Of a DNA stretch of 64,000 bases, positions 49,190-62,503 are shown in pieces; position 1 is the first letter of the stretch, and every line of letters begins with the position of its first letter. Under the pieces are notes generated by a model. The model saw only the letters and a program-made list of their open reading frames with translations, was not told the origin of the DNA and did not search any database. Location of the stretch: assembly GCA_002189035.1 (NCBI GenBank), contig NEEC01000011.1:372001-436000 (forward strand), written 5' to 3'. A program made the translations under genes and the position numbers. This DNA is from Utricularia gibba (taxonomy: Eukaryota > Plantae > Magnoliophyta).

Positions 49190-51033
49190 TCACAGTGAAG
49201 GAGAGATAACAAACGGCCTTGAAAAGCTGAACGGATCTTTATCATCAAAAGCAGAAGCCCGTTGATCCCTAGAACCATTGGGAATAGGCTCCAATGAAGA
49301 AGCTACATCCCCCTCGGGGAATACTGTAACCGCCTGCCGCATGGTACTCTTCAGACCATCGCCATATTGAAATGCATCACTTGATCGACCAATGCTCTGA
49401 GATGAGTAATTCGGTCCGGCCCATGATCCAAGGCGTCTTGATGCTAATGACCTGGTGTCCAAGCTCCAGTCCACGTTTGTATAATCATAGTGTAACATAG
49501 AGCTGCCTGTGTTCCAGTCCACTGTGGATGATCCTGATGAGCAGCTGGTACCGAGCCCTGAAAACAGTCCTAGGGAGGAGGCTGCTGGGAGTGTTGGTGA
49601 TGCGCCTCCCCGACTCCATGAACTACTGAGCCAGGTGCTTTCCTGGGGATCAAACGAGCTTATGCTGGACAAGTGCTTCTGTGGCTGCAATTGCAGTTGA
49701 CTGTTCAATGAATGTGGATTAACCCCATTGCCAAGGCTCATCGAGATGGCATTAGGTGATACCAACCCACTGGGCTTTGTCATACTAATGACACTAGGAT
49801 GCCAACCCATGGCTGCCCCAGGTGGAGATGAGCCTGCAGTTGATCTAGGAGGCAGCTTTCCATTGATGGACTGATGCCGCTGCATAACAAAAATTGGCTC
49901 CCTCATGGAGCCAAGTTGTAGATTCTTCAAATCATCTCCGAGAGCCAGATAATCAGATTCAAACTTGGATGAAGGAGATGGATCTAGTAACAACGATGCC
50001 ACAGAACTGGAAACAGAAGGATTCAAGGTCACACGTGGGTGTCTTTTATCCGTGGAGACAGTTTTAGGCTGCAGCTCTGCCCAGTCCGCTTTATGAGGCG
50101 TTTTCCTCACTTCCTGCATACCTCTTGTGCTACTATCAACAGAAGGACCCATAATTATCCCAACCTTGGTGTAGTTGACATCCTTGTCATCTCTTTTCTG
50201 TGTCATTCCGGCAGATGGCATGACATTCAGCTGTCCGCTCATTGATAACTGACCAATATCTGCTGTAAGCTTGCCGTCCGGTGCAGCAGGAGCAGAAATA
50301 TTCTCCTGTTTTGACGTCTTCAAGACTTCTTCAGCCTTTTCAATATCCCCTTCACAAGAAACAATGGCTCTTTCAACTTCCTGCTTGGAGACTTTGTATC
50401 GCATTTCCAAGCCTGTGATTTTTTCAAGTTCTTCTGTTATATCAATTTTTAAATTTCCCCGCTGTCTATAGTATGTTCTGTGCGGTTCAACTCTTCAACA
50501 CCCTCAAAAAGCCATGCCACTGACTCTTCTAACCTGCCCTCATTCAGTATCAGGGCCATTGTTGCTCGCTCTAGTGGAAAACCCATTGCCACAAGCTGTT
50601 GAGCTAATGCTTCAAGCTTCCTTGACATGAGATAACCACTGCAACGCTCATGTAGTTCCTGAGCGCGCCTCTCCCTTTGCCGTTGATGTTTCCTCTCATT
50701 CTTCAGGCGGGTCTTTTCTCTTTTGTCATTATCAGCTCCTGGAACAGACTCATGACGCGATGGCTGAGAAATTTTCTCCTTATGATCTTCTGATTCGCCA
50801 GACCAGCTGCCATTGTTGGAAATAGAGTCAACCTCAATCCCGGCTCCCAAAGAGTTCCCATTATGATCATCTGTATCATCTGTATTGCGAAATCGGCCAT
50901 TCGTATGCAGCGGACTAGTAGAAGGGACTGGCACACCATCAAATGCATGGAATGTGCCCAAAAGAGGATTGTATCCGGTTGACTTCTTATCTTTGGATTT
51001 AGAATTGGATGCTGGACACATGATGATGCTCAC
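49190..51033 (-). CDS. UBA-domain protein (At2g26920/At5g12120-like) with an apparent -1 frameshift at 50457-50460
   Basis: YNPLLGTFH, SNNGSWSGESED, KNERKHQRQRERRAQELHERC.GYLMSRKLE.LAQQLVAMGF, then NLKIDI.EEL..MRYK.SKQEVERAIV.CEGD in the next frame; C-terminal RPFVISPSL. Start may be 51021. Confidence 0.88.
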
Positions 51034-51501
51034 CGCAGGTTGCAGCCTTAGCTTCCTGTGATGAACAAGAATACTTCAATCACGTTAACATCAAGTGAAG
51101 GAAAGCATAAGAGAGTACTTTGACTGCTTAACATCTGTAAGGATATTAGATGAGTGCCTCAACTCAGAATGAAAACTATACGTGAAAACAAATCAAAAGC
51201 TGCCACAGAGCAGGAAGAAGGAAAAGCTGTCGGAGGCACAACCAGATGCTGCTCAGGAAAAGAAAGTGCATGCAATACAAGGAAGAAGAAGAAGTAAGAA
51301 GACTTTTTCTCATCAACTGATATCCGTAAGAGAAAAAAGCCACACGTAATGCCCTGACCGTGGAGCTACGAATCTCCCCACACCACCGCTCATTGCTTGG
51401 ATCTAAACATTCCCCGCGGAAATCCAGATGCTCATGAAAAAATCGAATTTAAAGGAAACCGAAAATAACAGACGCAAAGTCCAGTTACCGTCGGAGCAAA
51501 A

Positions 51502-51522
51502 ACACACACACACACACACACA
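51502..51522. repeat. (AC)10 microsatellite in the predicted 5'UTR intron of the UBA gene
   Basis: Direct reading, just inside a GTGAG donor at about 51540 on the minus strand. Confidence 0.7.
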
Positions 51523-51685
51523 AGGCAACGAGGGGCCTCACCTTTCACAGATCTCGATCGGCGGTGGCCGCTAAAGCTTTTCCGATTGGAATACGGTTGA
51601 AAATGGATTTGTCGGAGTGGAGCGAGAGGAATTTAGGAAAAATCGCGATTGAGAGTATTTGGAGGACCTGGTGCCAAAAAGGGTG

Positions 51686-51773
51686 AGCCCAATGGACCGG
51701 ACCAGCTGCACACATTGGGCACACCAGTTTATGGATTTACCCATAAAGCCCAAGTAGGCAGGCGTCTTGGGCC
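51686..51773. promoter_or_regulatory. Cluster of three site II (TGGGCY) motifs in the UBA gene promoter
   Basis: AGCCCA at 51686 and 51747, TGGGCC at 51768. Confidence 0.5.
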
Positions 51774-52212
51774 TTGGGGAGAGGGGAGGTAGCCCACCCC
51801 GTACCAGTATAGAAACGCTGTGCTGAGCCGGAATTGCATCCGGAGCACACAGCTTGGCTACTACAGCTCCAGTGCAATGGCTGCTCAAAGGACTGAAGTG
51901 GACATGAGATCCACCATCGACCCTACGTGTATGGTTCAGGGTGGGGGCATCGATGAACTCAGGAACGGGGGGAATGAGAAATGACGCTCCGCAGATGCGT
52001 TGGAGCACTCACAGCACAGAACCAAGCATCCGACGCCATTACGAAGAGCAGAGAAACCAACAGCTCCCGAATACGGGAATGTCATGTACCAGCTCCATAC
52101 ATCAAATTGAACAAATGGAATAAATTGATGATCCTCGCACTTCAAGCAACAACCAATAACACACCACAAATTACCAGGAAAGCAAACATGAATTATCTGG
52201 TAATCAACAGCC

Positions 52213-52987
52213 TCAACCCAGATGAAGGGAGTATGATAACAGCAGCGCAGCCAGTCCGATAAACGGAGCGCCGTGGGATGCAGAAGAATTATCCGAAGGG
52301 CGAGAGCTGGATCCCGGGGCTCCAGCAGGTGTTCCTTGAGTTGACGGCAGAGTCACAGGGGCTGGACCTGGACCAAAAGTTGCACCTTTTCGTCAATAAC
52401 ACTTAATATTTTCTAAGGCAGTGTGCATAAGAGAACGAAAACAAGGCCGTTAAGTGAGTCGAAGCAGCACCAAATCTTGCCATCACCCTAATTTCTATGA
52501 GATACAGCGTAGTAAGCGAAAACTCATGAGGCGAGGGATACCGGCAGAAGGGCCTTCCGTGGGTGGAGAAGCAATTGTTGATCCTGCGAAAACGTGAACC
52601 GTCAAACAGGGGTACTTAATGTTTACAGGAAGTGGAAAGAGCTCATGGCGGACCTCCGACGGCGCACACACTGAGAGAAAACGTGACTTTACAAACCCCT
52701 GGAAGGGAAATGGCTCTGGATAAATCGATTGGAAGTCCGAACTGATTGGCGCTCGCTGCCATCTGACAAAGACAGTTAGGCTGAGTAGCGAGCAAACTGG
52801 AGAGCTCCGGGCAGCAGGCGGAATCCGGGTTCGCCAGTGTGCTTCCGTTCTGAACGTAGGAGAGACAATCCGCCAAACCGGCGACGGCCGTCATGCAGTC
52901 CGGGGACGTGGCTTGTGAAGCGATGGATTGCAGATCCGTGGAGAGGAGAAGTAGGGCAGCGATGAGAAGGTACCTGGAGGGCGCCAT
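52213..52987 (-). CDS. GPI-anchored non-specific lipid transfer protein (LTPG/xylogen-like), 3 exons
   Basis: Signal peptide, eight-cysteine motif (C..C..CC..CLC..C..C), exons 52654-52987, 52542-52583, 52213-52385, P/S/A-rich linker and hydrophobic C-terminus. Confidence 0.9.
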
Positions 52988-55959
52988 TGATGTTCTTTTT
53001 TCCTCCCGTGGACGGCGGTGTACTACTTGGGACAGTGATTTAAAGCTCCGGTAGTTGGTGTCGGAGTCGGTGAAGCATTGAATGCAGGAACCCCGATACT
53101 ACGAGAAGAAAAATACTTGGGGGAGTTATTCCGATCTTGTGACTGTTGTACCGTTGTGGGTGGATGGATGGATATAAGGACTAAGCTTCGCCGGCGGCTT
53201 TCGTTGTGTGACAACAAGGATGGGCGCCCACGCTGCTGAACAAATAAAGAGAAATGACCAAATGGGAAATGTCATATGATTTAATAAGATGAAGACAAGT
53301 AAAAAGGGCAAACACAAGTAAATTTACTAGGATCACATTTGGTTGGTGGGTAATGTTTAAACTCGCGTTTAATTTATTTGAATTTTTTTAAATGAATTTT
53401 ATGAGCTTAAAAGATTATTCATGTTTGATTGATAAGTTTAATTTATTTGGATTTAAAATGAAAATATATTTGATATATAGACAGTAGATAAATTTATTTT
53501 TACCCACTTGAAACTTATATATCAAACGTGGCTTTATTCATAAACTCATGAGAAAACCCACCTAAAATGTACAACCAAACTTGGGTTTATCCAAAGAGGA
53601 AAAAAAATTTATTGGAATAAAAAAGGGGGATCTTAGAAGAACTAAAGAAATGAGGGACTTGAAGGAAAAATCAAAGAAAAATAAGAAAAAATGAAGAGGA
53701 AACTAGAAGTTTAGCTCACCTAAAGATTAAATCATACGAATGTTATTCCCAACCATGTGTAGATCGAAAGCAACTGTTTTAAGCCTTTTGTGTGGAAACT
53801 TATTTCATACTATTACTATTTATTTTCTTTTTGTTAGACTTCAAGTTTGGATATGTTGCGGATGCTGATATGTGAGATTACTCTATTTCTTTTTAATACG
53901 ATTAATTAATTACAACGTGATACCTTGGAATCAAAAGAAAGTGATTTTGTTTATTGTTCAATAGATCACACCAACTTAGTCATCATATTAATTCTTATCA
54001 AACTCAAATAAATTTAGGAGGGGGAAAATAATAATGTGTTCATCCTAAAGATCCTAACTAGAGGTAGAATGCAAGTTAGGACAAAGAAAGATTTAATTAG
54101 ATTTGAAACTTTTATTTTGTTTGATGACCAATTTTTAGTTAGGATGAGATAAAAATAATGATGAGCATATCATTTTTAGAAGTCTTAGCAGCATTACATT
54201 GTTTTTTTCTAAAACATAATCTAATTAGCTTTGTGTATTGTTTTTACTATATTGCCATTGAACTATATTAATCCTAACATAGACTTAATATTTCATTGTG
54301 ACAAAAAAAATGCATTAAACTTCATGCAATAAGTACTTTGCTTTTCATGCTCAACTTAAATTCTATTATATGCTTATATTTTCTTGATGTTTGGCTTAGA
54401 ATTAGGTTTATAAATTTATTTGATGCTAGAATTAACTTTTGTATAATGACATGCAATTTTCTCGTATATCATATTTCAAAAAGAATTCATTTGTTTTAAG
54501 ATGTCATTAATAAGTTATGAATTTCTCTTAAAACCTCTCAAAGATGTTGAGCTTCAAGAATTGATTCTTTGAGTTCAAATTCTAAAATTCGTAATTATCT
54601 GCTAAAGAAAATTCTGCTTTTTAGATTTCATATGAATTATATTTGCTATTTTGAACAAGCACAATCCCTAAAATATGATCTGGTGTACTTGACTATTTTG
54701 TTGTGTATATTAGTCTAAAGTGCAACGTGATAGTTTGAGGTTGAGGACTTCTAGGGAAGGTGTGGATGCACACTCCTTTATATCAAGTATTTTTGAGGCA
54801 ATTTCTCATAGAGTTATGCCACTCGATGGTATGAGAATGAGGAATTAAAAGGAATAGAATTAAATAACTGTAACCAAGTACAATTGATAAAGGGATGACA
54901 TTTTTTTTATTGATTTCATGATGTCAAAGTTACAAAAACCTATTAATCTTGGTTTTTCATGTTTTTATACTGAAGTTATTAACTAAGAGGATGCAACCAT
55001 ACATATAAATGATCACATAGTAAAGGAATTCATACTATGTTAAATGCTATTTCAAATTCGTCATGCTTCCTAATAAAGTTGCATTTTAAATGGTTATATG
55101 CATGTTTTACATGTTCTTCCTAATTATTTGTATTTCATTTAGTACTTTTACTACTAATCTTTATAGAAAACGGATGGGAAAAGTGATGTGAAAATCTATT
55201 ATTTACTAAAATGTGGGTAATTTGTGTTATGAATTTGATTTTGGGACTCTAAGCTTATAGCTAAGGTTTTCATTAGTTAATGAGATGAGAGGGTCTTATG
55301 AAAATTTTTAGGAGCATGGTATCATGACTTAGATTCATGAATGTAGGAATTTATGTCTTAACAGTTCAACATTATCTCCTAGAAATATTTTACAAAATCT
55401 CTCCCAACTTTCTATTTTTAAATTAATGAGAAGACATTTGAAATTGTAAATGAAGCTTGTTTCAGCTCACATGTCAAAACATCACCTAAAATAAAAAGTC
55501 ACTCAACCTCCATCCTTATGCTTCCTAGGTTGGTCGCTTAATTTGTTATTAATGAGTTACAAATAACCCTAATATATGACATGTTGTTATTTATGTTTTG
55601 ATGTGTTAGAAATAAATAGCATTTTCAAAACTGTGTTTTGTTAGGTTTTTTTAATAAAAATTTTTTTTTTCTTCATCTCAACCCAAGATTCTTACATCAG
55701 CAACAAAGCATCCTTTGCATTATAAACCATTTTCTTCTCCATTTTTAGTTTCAACATATTAAGGCAAAAACAATCTCATATTGAAAGATTAAATTAATAT
55801 AATAAAAACATTATGAATCACTAATAATTGATTAGTATGAAAAACACAATAAACTCTTTGTCAAAAACCCTATTTTTAAATTTTATTAGCAAAATACCTT
55901 AAATTAAGTTTTACTTTATAAAATAGCTTATACAAAATAGAAATACATAAAAATTAGCA

Positions 55960-56320
55960 TATGAACCTTACATCATAAATCTAAAATCCAAATTTGAAAC
56001 CTAATAACATACACAATAAAGTCTACTTTTGAATTTTAAATATTAAATCGTAAATTCAAATACATTAATCATCAAATTCACATCCTAACTTCTCATCTAA
56101 AGTCCTAAATAAAATTTGAAAATATAAACTTTAAATCACTAAATTCGAAACTTTAAAACTTAAATTCGAAACCCTAAACTCTTAAATATTAAATCATAAA
56201 TCTAATCCCAAAATCAATACTCTAAATTTAAATCATAAATCCGAAACAAAAAAAAAACTAAATCCCAACATTAAATCCTATTAAAATTGAAACATTAAAT
56301 TTAAATCTAAAATATATTAT
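55960..56320 (+). repeat. Degenerate telomere-like (CCCTAAA-variant) array
   Basis: Roughly 7-bp periodic variants such as TCCTAAA, CCCTAAA, TTCGAAA, TCATAAA, CATTAAA. Confidence 0.5.
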
Positions 56321-57197
56321 TAACAATATTAAAAAAATATAAATACAAAAAACTCATAAATTTATGGTAAAATATATAGAAAAAATTTATTTTTAGATAA
56401 TTTACAAAGTATTTATAAAGTTAGAATACATTACAAATAGAATAACAAAAGTTGGATCATGTTTCTTGCATTCTTAGCTAATTCTTTAAAAAATTGGAAC
56501 AAACATTTATCTTATTAGAAATATAAATAAAAATAATTGGATTTATAATAGTATTGAATGTATGGGTAGATATCTTCTGTTTTGATGCGGCTCTTATGGG
56601 ATATTCATTGTCTATCTTTTGCCAATTTCCAACAAAGTAACCTACTTTTTTTTTCCTTTTTTCCTTTGTATTTCATTACATTTAGCATCACTAATAATTG
56701 ATTAAATCTAATATTTTTAAATATATTATAAATTTATTATGTATTTAAATTTCACATAAACATTACTTAGACTCATTTTTTAATTTCATCATAATATCAG
56801 AATGTATACTTTACATCATAGTTTGAATACATAAGATGGATTTTATGTTAATCGCAATTTTTGTTAAAAAAAATAAAAAAAAAACAAAAAAATTACGAAG
56901 ATGTATTGAACTTAGAGAATAAATATTAAGATTGATTTATCATTATTTACAATCATAAAAAAACAAGTGTTAATGGAACTAATGTTAGATCAATAGTAAT
57001 AAATTTAATACATTTTTTTAAAAATATGATCTATTTTTTGTATAATTAAACTTGTCAGTAATTTGAAGACATTGAATACTTTACCCATAGCCAAGCATGA
57101 TCTTTGCAATCCTACATCATGAAGCAATGAAAGCCTATGAGTAGAAAGAATTTTAAGTCGCATCCTATCCGTCGTCGTATAGGGGGGGAGGGAGGGG

Positions 57198-60100
57198 CTA
57201 CTCAGCCGCGAGAGAAGAAAGCTCTTCAAACACCATTTTCATGTCGGGTCTCTCAGCCGCTGAGTGCATGCATTTCAGAGCAATCTCCAACATCGCCCGG
57301 CCCTTCGTCGGAGCCTCTTCACTCGCCCCTGTCCCCCGCATCTGCGCATCCACGCAGTCCATCACGCGGTTCTCTGCAGCCATGGAGCTCACCCATTCCG
57401 ACAGATCAACAACTTGAAGCTCTCCAGACACGATGTTCCCAGAGCTTCTCCCAGTTAAGAGCTCAAGAAGGAGGACCCCGAATGCATATACGTCGCTCTT
57501 GAGAGACGGGCAGGGCTTACTTGTGCTGGTGAATTCGGGTGGCAGATAGCCCAGAGTGCCAGCATTCAGGACCTGTTCGGCTGTGCCGGATGGAGTTAAC
57601 AGGCGGTGAAGGCTGTAATCGGTTAGGAGCGCACGCACGTCCGGAGTTTGGATCAGGATGTTGGTTGATTTTAGGTTGCCATGAGGTATGGCGCTCTCTG
57701 TGTGCAAGTACGTAAGGCAGCAGGCAACGTCAAGTGCAACTTTGAGCCTTTCCTTTAGTGATAAAGGAGGGATTCTGCCCTTGTCAGCTCCTGCAACTAG
57801 AAATCGTAAGAAGAAAAAAAAAAAACGGGTATGATCTGCATAGGTATCCAGTCAAATGGCGAAATTTACCATGAAGGTAAAAGGCCAGGCATGGAGCTTC
57901 GATGTATTTGGAAATGATCAGCTTTTCGTGTTCCTTGGGACCCCAATAGAAGCCTTGAAGAGAGACCAAATTTGGATGCCTGATGTTGCAAAGCTTCTTT
58001 GCCTCTCTGGAGAACTCTTTTTTGGTTTTAGCTATGCCTCCTTTCAGTAGTTTTACGGCTAACACACTGCCTGAAGTAATCACTGCTCGGTACAAAGTTC
58101 CATGGCAGCTCATACCGATAGCTTCTGCTGGGGCAGATGACAGTTCCTCAGGAGTTAACTTCAATGTGCTATCAAAGATGTGGAGATCCCCTGCTAGTTC
58201 TCCGGGTGCACAAACTTTCAGAGTGCTTGAGTTTCCAGGCGGGTTGTTGGCAGCGGCTGCTGAAGTGCGCACTGGTGAAGTCGCCACCAAAGCTTTGGGG
58301 ATTACATCGGTTCCCTGCTGGCTCTGGTCCTTCAGCGGAGGGGCCTCCGGAGTGGCAGCACCCCCTTGCTGGTTTTCATGCTCAGCTCCACTGGATGAAA
58401 CAGCTGCAGAAGAAAAAGTACCAATGGGATTAAACGAAGCACAACCGATGAGAATCCCTCATGTTTGCTGACCTTTCTTGACGCCACACTCTGCCAAAGA
58501 TGCATCATTTGTAAGCTTCTGAAGTCTAAGGTAGATCAGCAAGGCCAAGATAGCTATCAAGGAAGCACCAGCTAAAATGCCAACAAGAAGAGCAGTTCTG
58601 GAAACAAATCTCTTATGGGAAGAATTGCTAGTCATGTCGCTGTTACCCCTCGACGATGAGATGTCGTTTGGGAGGACAAGAAAATAGTTTCCTGGATGGA
58701 ACGATGAAGATGGGAACCTATCCAGGCCTGGAGGAACAGTTCCAGACAAATTATTATACGACACATTGAACACGAGGATACTCGGGGGGAGCTCATCGGG
58801 GATGCTGCCTTCCAGCATGTTGCCAGAGAGATCAAGAGATACCATTCTCAGGAACCTTCTGATGTCAGGAGGCACTACCCCAGTAAGAGCATTGTGGGAC
58901 AGGTTCAGCAACACAATGCTGTAGTTCTGCAGCGTTGCTGGATCTGGTATAATTCCTGAAAAGTTATTCGACGACAAGTCGATGTGTGTCAGCTTCGTCC
59001 CGGTGAAGAGGCTGGGGAGCAGAAATCCACTCAGTTTGTTGAGGCTGAAGTCAACCACTCGCAGCTCAGGGTATGTGCAAAGAACTGGAGGCAGGCTTCC
59101 TTCTACTGAGTTATTGAAGATCCTCAATGAAGTTAGCCTGAGGAACTGAGTTGTTTGGTTGGGCAGCGATCCGGATAGCTTATTGGAGCTTAAATCAATG
59201 ACCTCAACATAATTCCCCCAGCTCTGAATCCTCGAAACATTCCCAGATAACATGTTGTTACTAAAATCTATGATGGCACAGTGTCCTATTAGAATGGGCA
59301 AAGGACCGCAAAGCCTATTTGAGGACAAATTCAGGCTTCTGAGCGTGACAGAAGTTATGGCATTAACAGGACCTGGAGACAAGTAGAAAAGAAGATGATT
59401 ATAAAACATTGGAATGAACACAACCTAATCAGCAATGAAAAAATGGAAAGGAATGAACAACCTTCAAGCTGATTATAACTTAGATCCAACTCAGACAAGA
59501 CCATTGAGCTCTCTCGAAGAAGGCCTTGAGGTAATGATCCTGACAAAGAATTGTTATGAAGCCGAATAACACGAAGTGAGACTATAAAGCTGAAGGATGG
59601 AACATTCCCAGTAAAAAGATTGTGACTCGCATCAAACACTTGAAGATTGTCGAAGTATGGTATTCCATCATGGGGGAAGAGCTCTCCAGTGAGAGCATTA
59701 TTGCTTATGTTGAGATATCGAATCGAACTTACAAAGTCTGGATTTGCTGTCCCCAAATCCAAGGATCCTGAAAACAGATTGCAGCTGAGATCAACGTACT
59801 CTAGATCTCCTAACTGAGCTACAAGGGCCATAACATCTCCAGAAAATCTGTTGGAATGGAAATCAAGATACTTCAACTCTTTCTGGTCTCCGAAGCCAGA
59901 TGGGATTTCTCCTTCCATGTTATTTGATGACATGTTGACGAGGACCAAGTTCTTTAAACTGGTAATCTGGGATGGCAATGTCCCACTGAAAAAATTTTGG
60001 GAAAGATCCAAATGCTGCAGTGATTCAATCAAACCAATATCCTTCGTGACTGTACCAGTTAAAAGATTGCAAGATACTGAAAAGTTTCGAAGCATTTTTA

Positions 60101-60374
60101 GCTTCGAAATGGAAAGAAGATTGAGCTCCCCACTTAGTCCTAAAGAATTCAAGGTGATTGAAGTCACATGGCCATTACCGCATCTGACCCCCAACCAGTT
60201 TTTTGGGCATCCATCAGGAGATAATGATTTAGAATCCCATGAAGCAAGAGCGTTCCTTGAGTCATTACTCCGAATTCCCCTTTTCAGCTCTAAGAGCGCA
60301 TCAACATCTGATTCTCCTGTTGTCATTTCTACAAGTACTAGAAGCAGAAAGCAAATCAACTGCATTTTGCTCAA
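57198..60374 (-). CDS. LRR receptor-like kinase, LRR-III SIRK1/GHR1 group (At2g27060-like), 4 exons
   Basis: Exons 59462-60374, 58473-59372, 57870-58403, 57198-57790. LRRNT (GCPKNWLGVRC), many LRRs, TM helix, kinase with VLAVK, HGNLKSTN, DYSLHRL, GTLGYLPPEF. Start may be 60365. Confidence 0.93.
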
Positions 60375-62503
60375 AACTGCACAATGAATCTAGGAGAAGA
60401 TTGTAGGCAAAAGAATATCGAATCTTGGATTACATCGAGAGATGAGAAGATCAAAATTGAAGCAATGGGAAAGAAAACATAATCCCTCACAGTTCCACCT
60501 TCTTCAACAGCAATTACCATTTCAGACCAAAACTCCCACAATCACCAATCTAGTATGGTAATGGGATTGGAGAAACAAACATGGTTGAAATGTTCACGAG
60601 TTTCAACAGCTAAAACCCGTTGGGAACCATCATTCTAACACGGGAGTGAACTTTTCTTGCAAATCCCATGAGCAGCAAGGAGGGAAATGTGCTACATTCG
60701 CTCCAAAGTTCCCATAACCAGCAAAAGCAAACCATCATTGCGAAATCATTGACCCAAGATAAAGGGATAACCTTTTTCATACCCAAGAGTGAAACGAGGT
60801 TAATAAGAGAAAAACGCAGTAGAGATGGAGTGAGCAGCTTTTCAAAGAGAGGGTACAGACACCCTTTATTGCGCTGCAAGGTGGCAAGGGAAAATGACAC
60901 CAGGGCAGAGAAAAACCAGCTTCTTAGTGAAGTGAACGAAGTAATGGTAACAGGCCGGCATCTTGTTAGGTGGATTTAGTTATTGACTGTAAAAACATAA
61001 CCATAGAATTACAGCGACAGTAAAGAGAAGAGCTGAGGTCTCCCCACCTCGCCTCGCCTTGGCCTTCCCACTGACAATGGCCGCTCACTCACTCACGGGT
61101 CCTCAAGTTTTAATCAAGGGGCTGGTGGGTGCCATCATGCGGTCAAATTCCAAGGACGATTTGTCCAATGCGCTTTTATGACGAAGGAAACAACTGCTGC
61201 ATGATTTTATAGTATGGGACTCATTGTTTCGGGCTTGGGACAGTGATGCAATAAAAACCATACATCACCAGACACTGAATTGAAGCTTTAACGACATGAA
61301 ACGCGAACTCATCAGAATCCCATTTCATGTTGGAGGCAAGTAGTATTTACTATTCACCTTCAATTATCATTCGACATGTCAATAAGCAGGTAAACAAAAT
61401 AATTGAGGGTAGGGACAGTACGAAGGAAAAACAGCAAACACAGGTGTCTTTTCTGAAGGTGAGAATACAGAAAAGAAAAGATAAGAAAACGAATCAGCCT
61501 TCTGAATGATCGTCACTTAGCATGTGGCCAGCTCCACAGGAAGTTGACTTCCATTGTTTAAACATTGCGAAAAGCCTTTGATCTGGGAGTGCTCGTAAAA
61601 CCCATTTTTTTAATATAAAAGTGTAATGCATGGATCCATCCCAGACAAAATGGGCTCATGTTTATCTGTTGAGACATCAGATGTGAGTCAGGTCAGGTAG
61701 ATGTTGTTGTCGTCCGTCGCCGTCACACCGCGTATAGCACGCGTCTGCTGATGATTCACAGCCATAGCCTTTTTTCCATGTTTTCCATGATTAACATTTT
61801 GACGACGCTGGGCTTTGTGATCTGCTTCATGGGAATATCCTGTATATACCCCCGACTCCACCTCAAATGAAATTTTGAGGGGAAACATTGTGTTTCCTTC
61901 AAACTGAGGTCCTGAAACGCCTTTGACCCCCCTTTCTCCGTTTTGAGGGAAAACATTTGCGACCATCAAAAGGTTTGCGTGAGGAATTTTGAAAGCTTAT
62001 TGTTTTGGGTTCTCTCTTAATCATCTTGCAGTAGACTACGTTTGGTCCTTCTTTTAAATCTCGCGCCAGGATATATTCTTTTGATTTGGTGGGGGGAAAG
62101 TTGGAACTTCCTGTGTTTTCTCTTATGGTCCGTTATTCAGAGATTCTGAAATCTGTAGTGACACGGAGATGGATGCTGTTGTTCTTTAAATTCAGAACTC
62201 TGTCTCTGGTATTAGTGATCTGTGAGCATAATCGTTTTGATGGTCATTTCTATTAAACAAGTCAACCAAATTTCGAGAATACCATCTCTCTGTGTCCTAC
62301 ATGCTCACTTGAGCGTGAGGGCTTAGAACATCTTCTGCCGCCTCGTCTCAACCTCTTTGTTTCACATTCGAATCCTCAAGTGGGTGTATAGAATGGTGTA
62401 GATTCTGTATGAATTTCATAAAGATCACTCTATCTCAATCAAATGCGATTTGAAGGCATATGTTTTCCGTAGGAGAGGTACTGTTGAAGACACCTTGCTG
62501 GAA

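Noticed and set aside
51571-52008. 145-aa minus-strand ORF between LTPG and the UBA gene
   Set aside because: No recognisable domain; overlaps the LTPG 3' region and the UBA promoter. The GCATCGATGAA match to 5.8S rRNA at about 51948 is too short to mean anything.
53520-55600. Probable decayed LTR-retrotransposon non-coding sequence
   Set aside because: Composition is suggestive, but no termini, TSD, PBS or coding motif could be pinned down.
58404-58472. Apparent premature stop in the LRR-RLK after KKGQQT
   Set aside because: Explained by a 69-nt GT-AG intron; splicing restores KKAVSSSGAE.
49509-60387. Long antisense ORFs overlapping real genes (for example 57137-57502, 57983-58471, 59851-60387)
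   Set aside because: Shadow frames of coding exons with no independent features.
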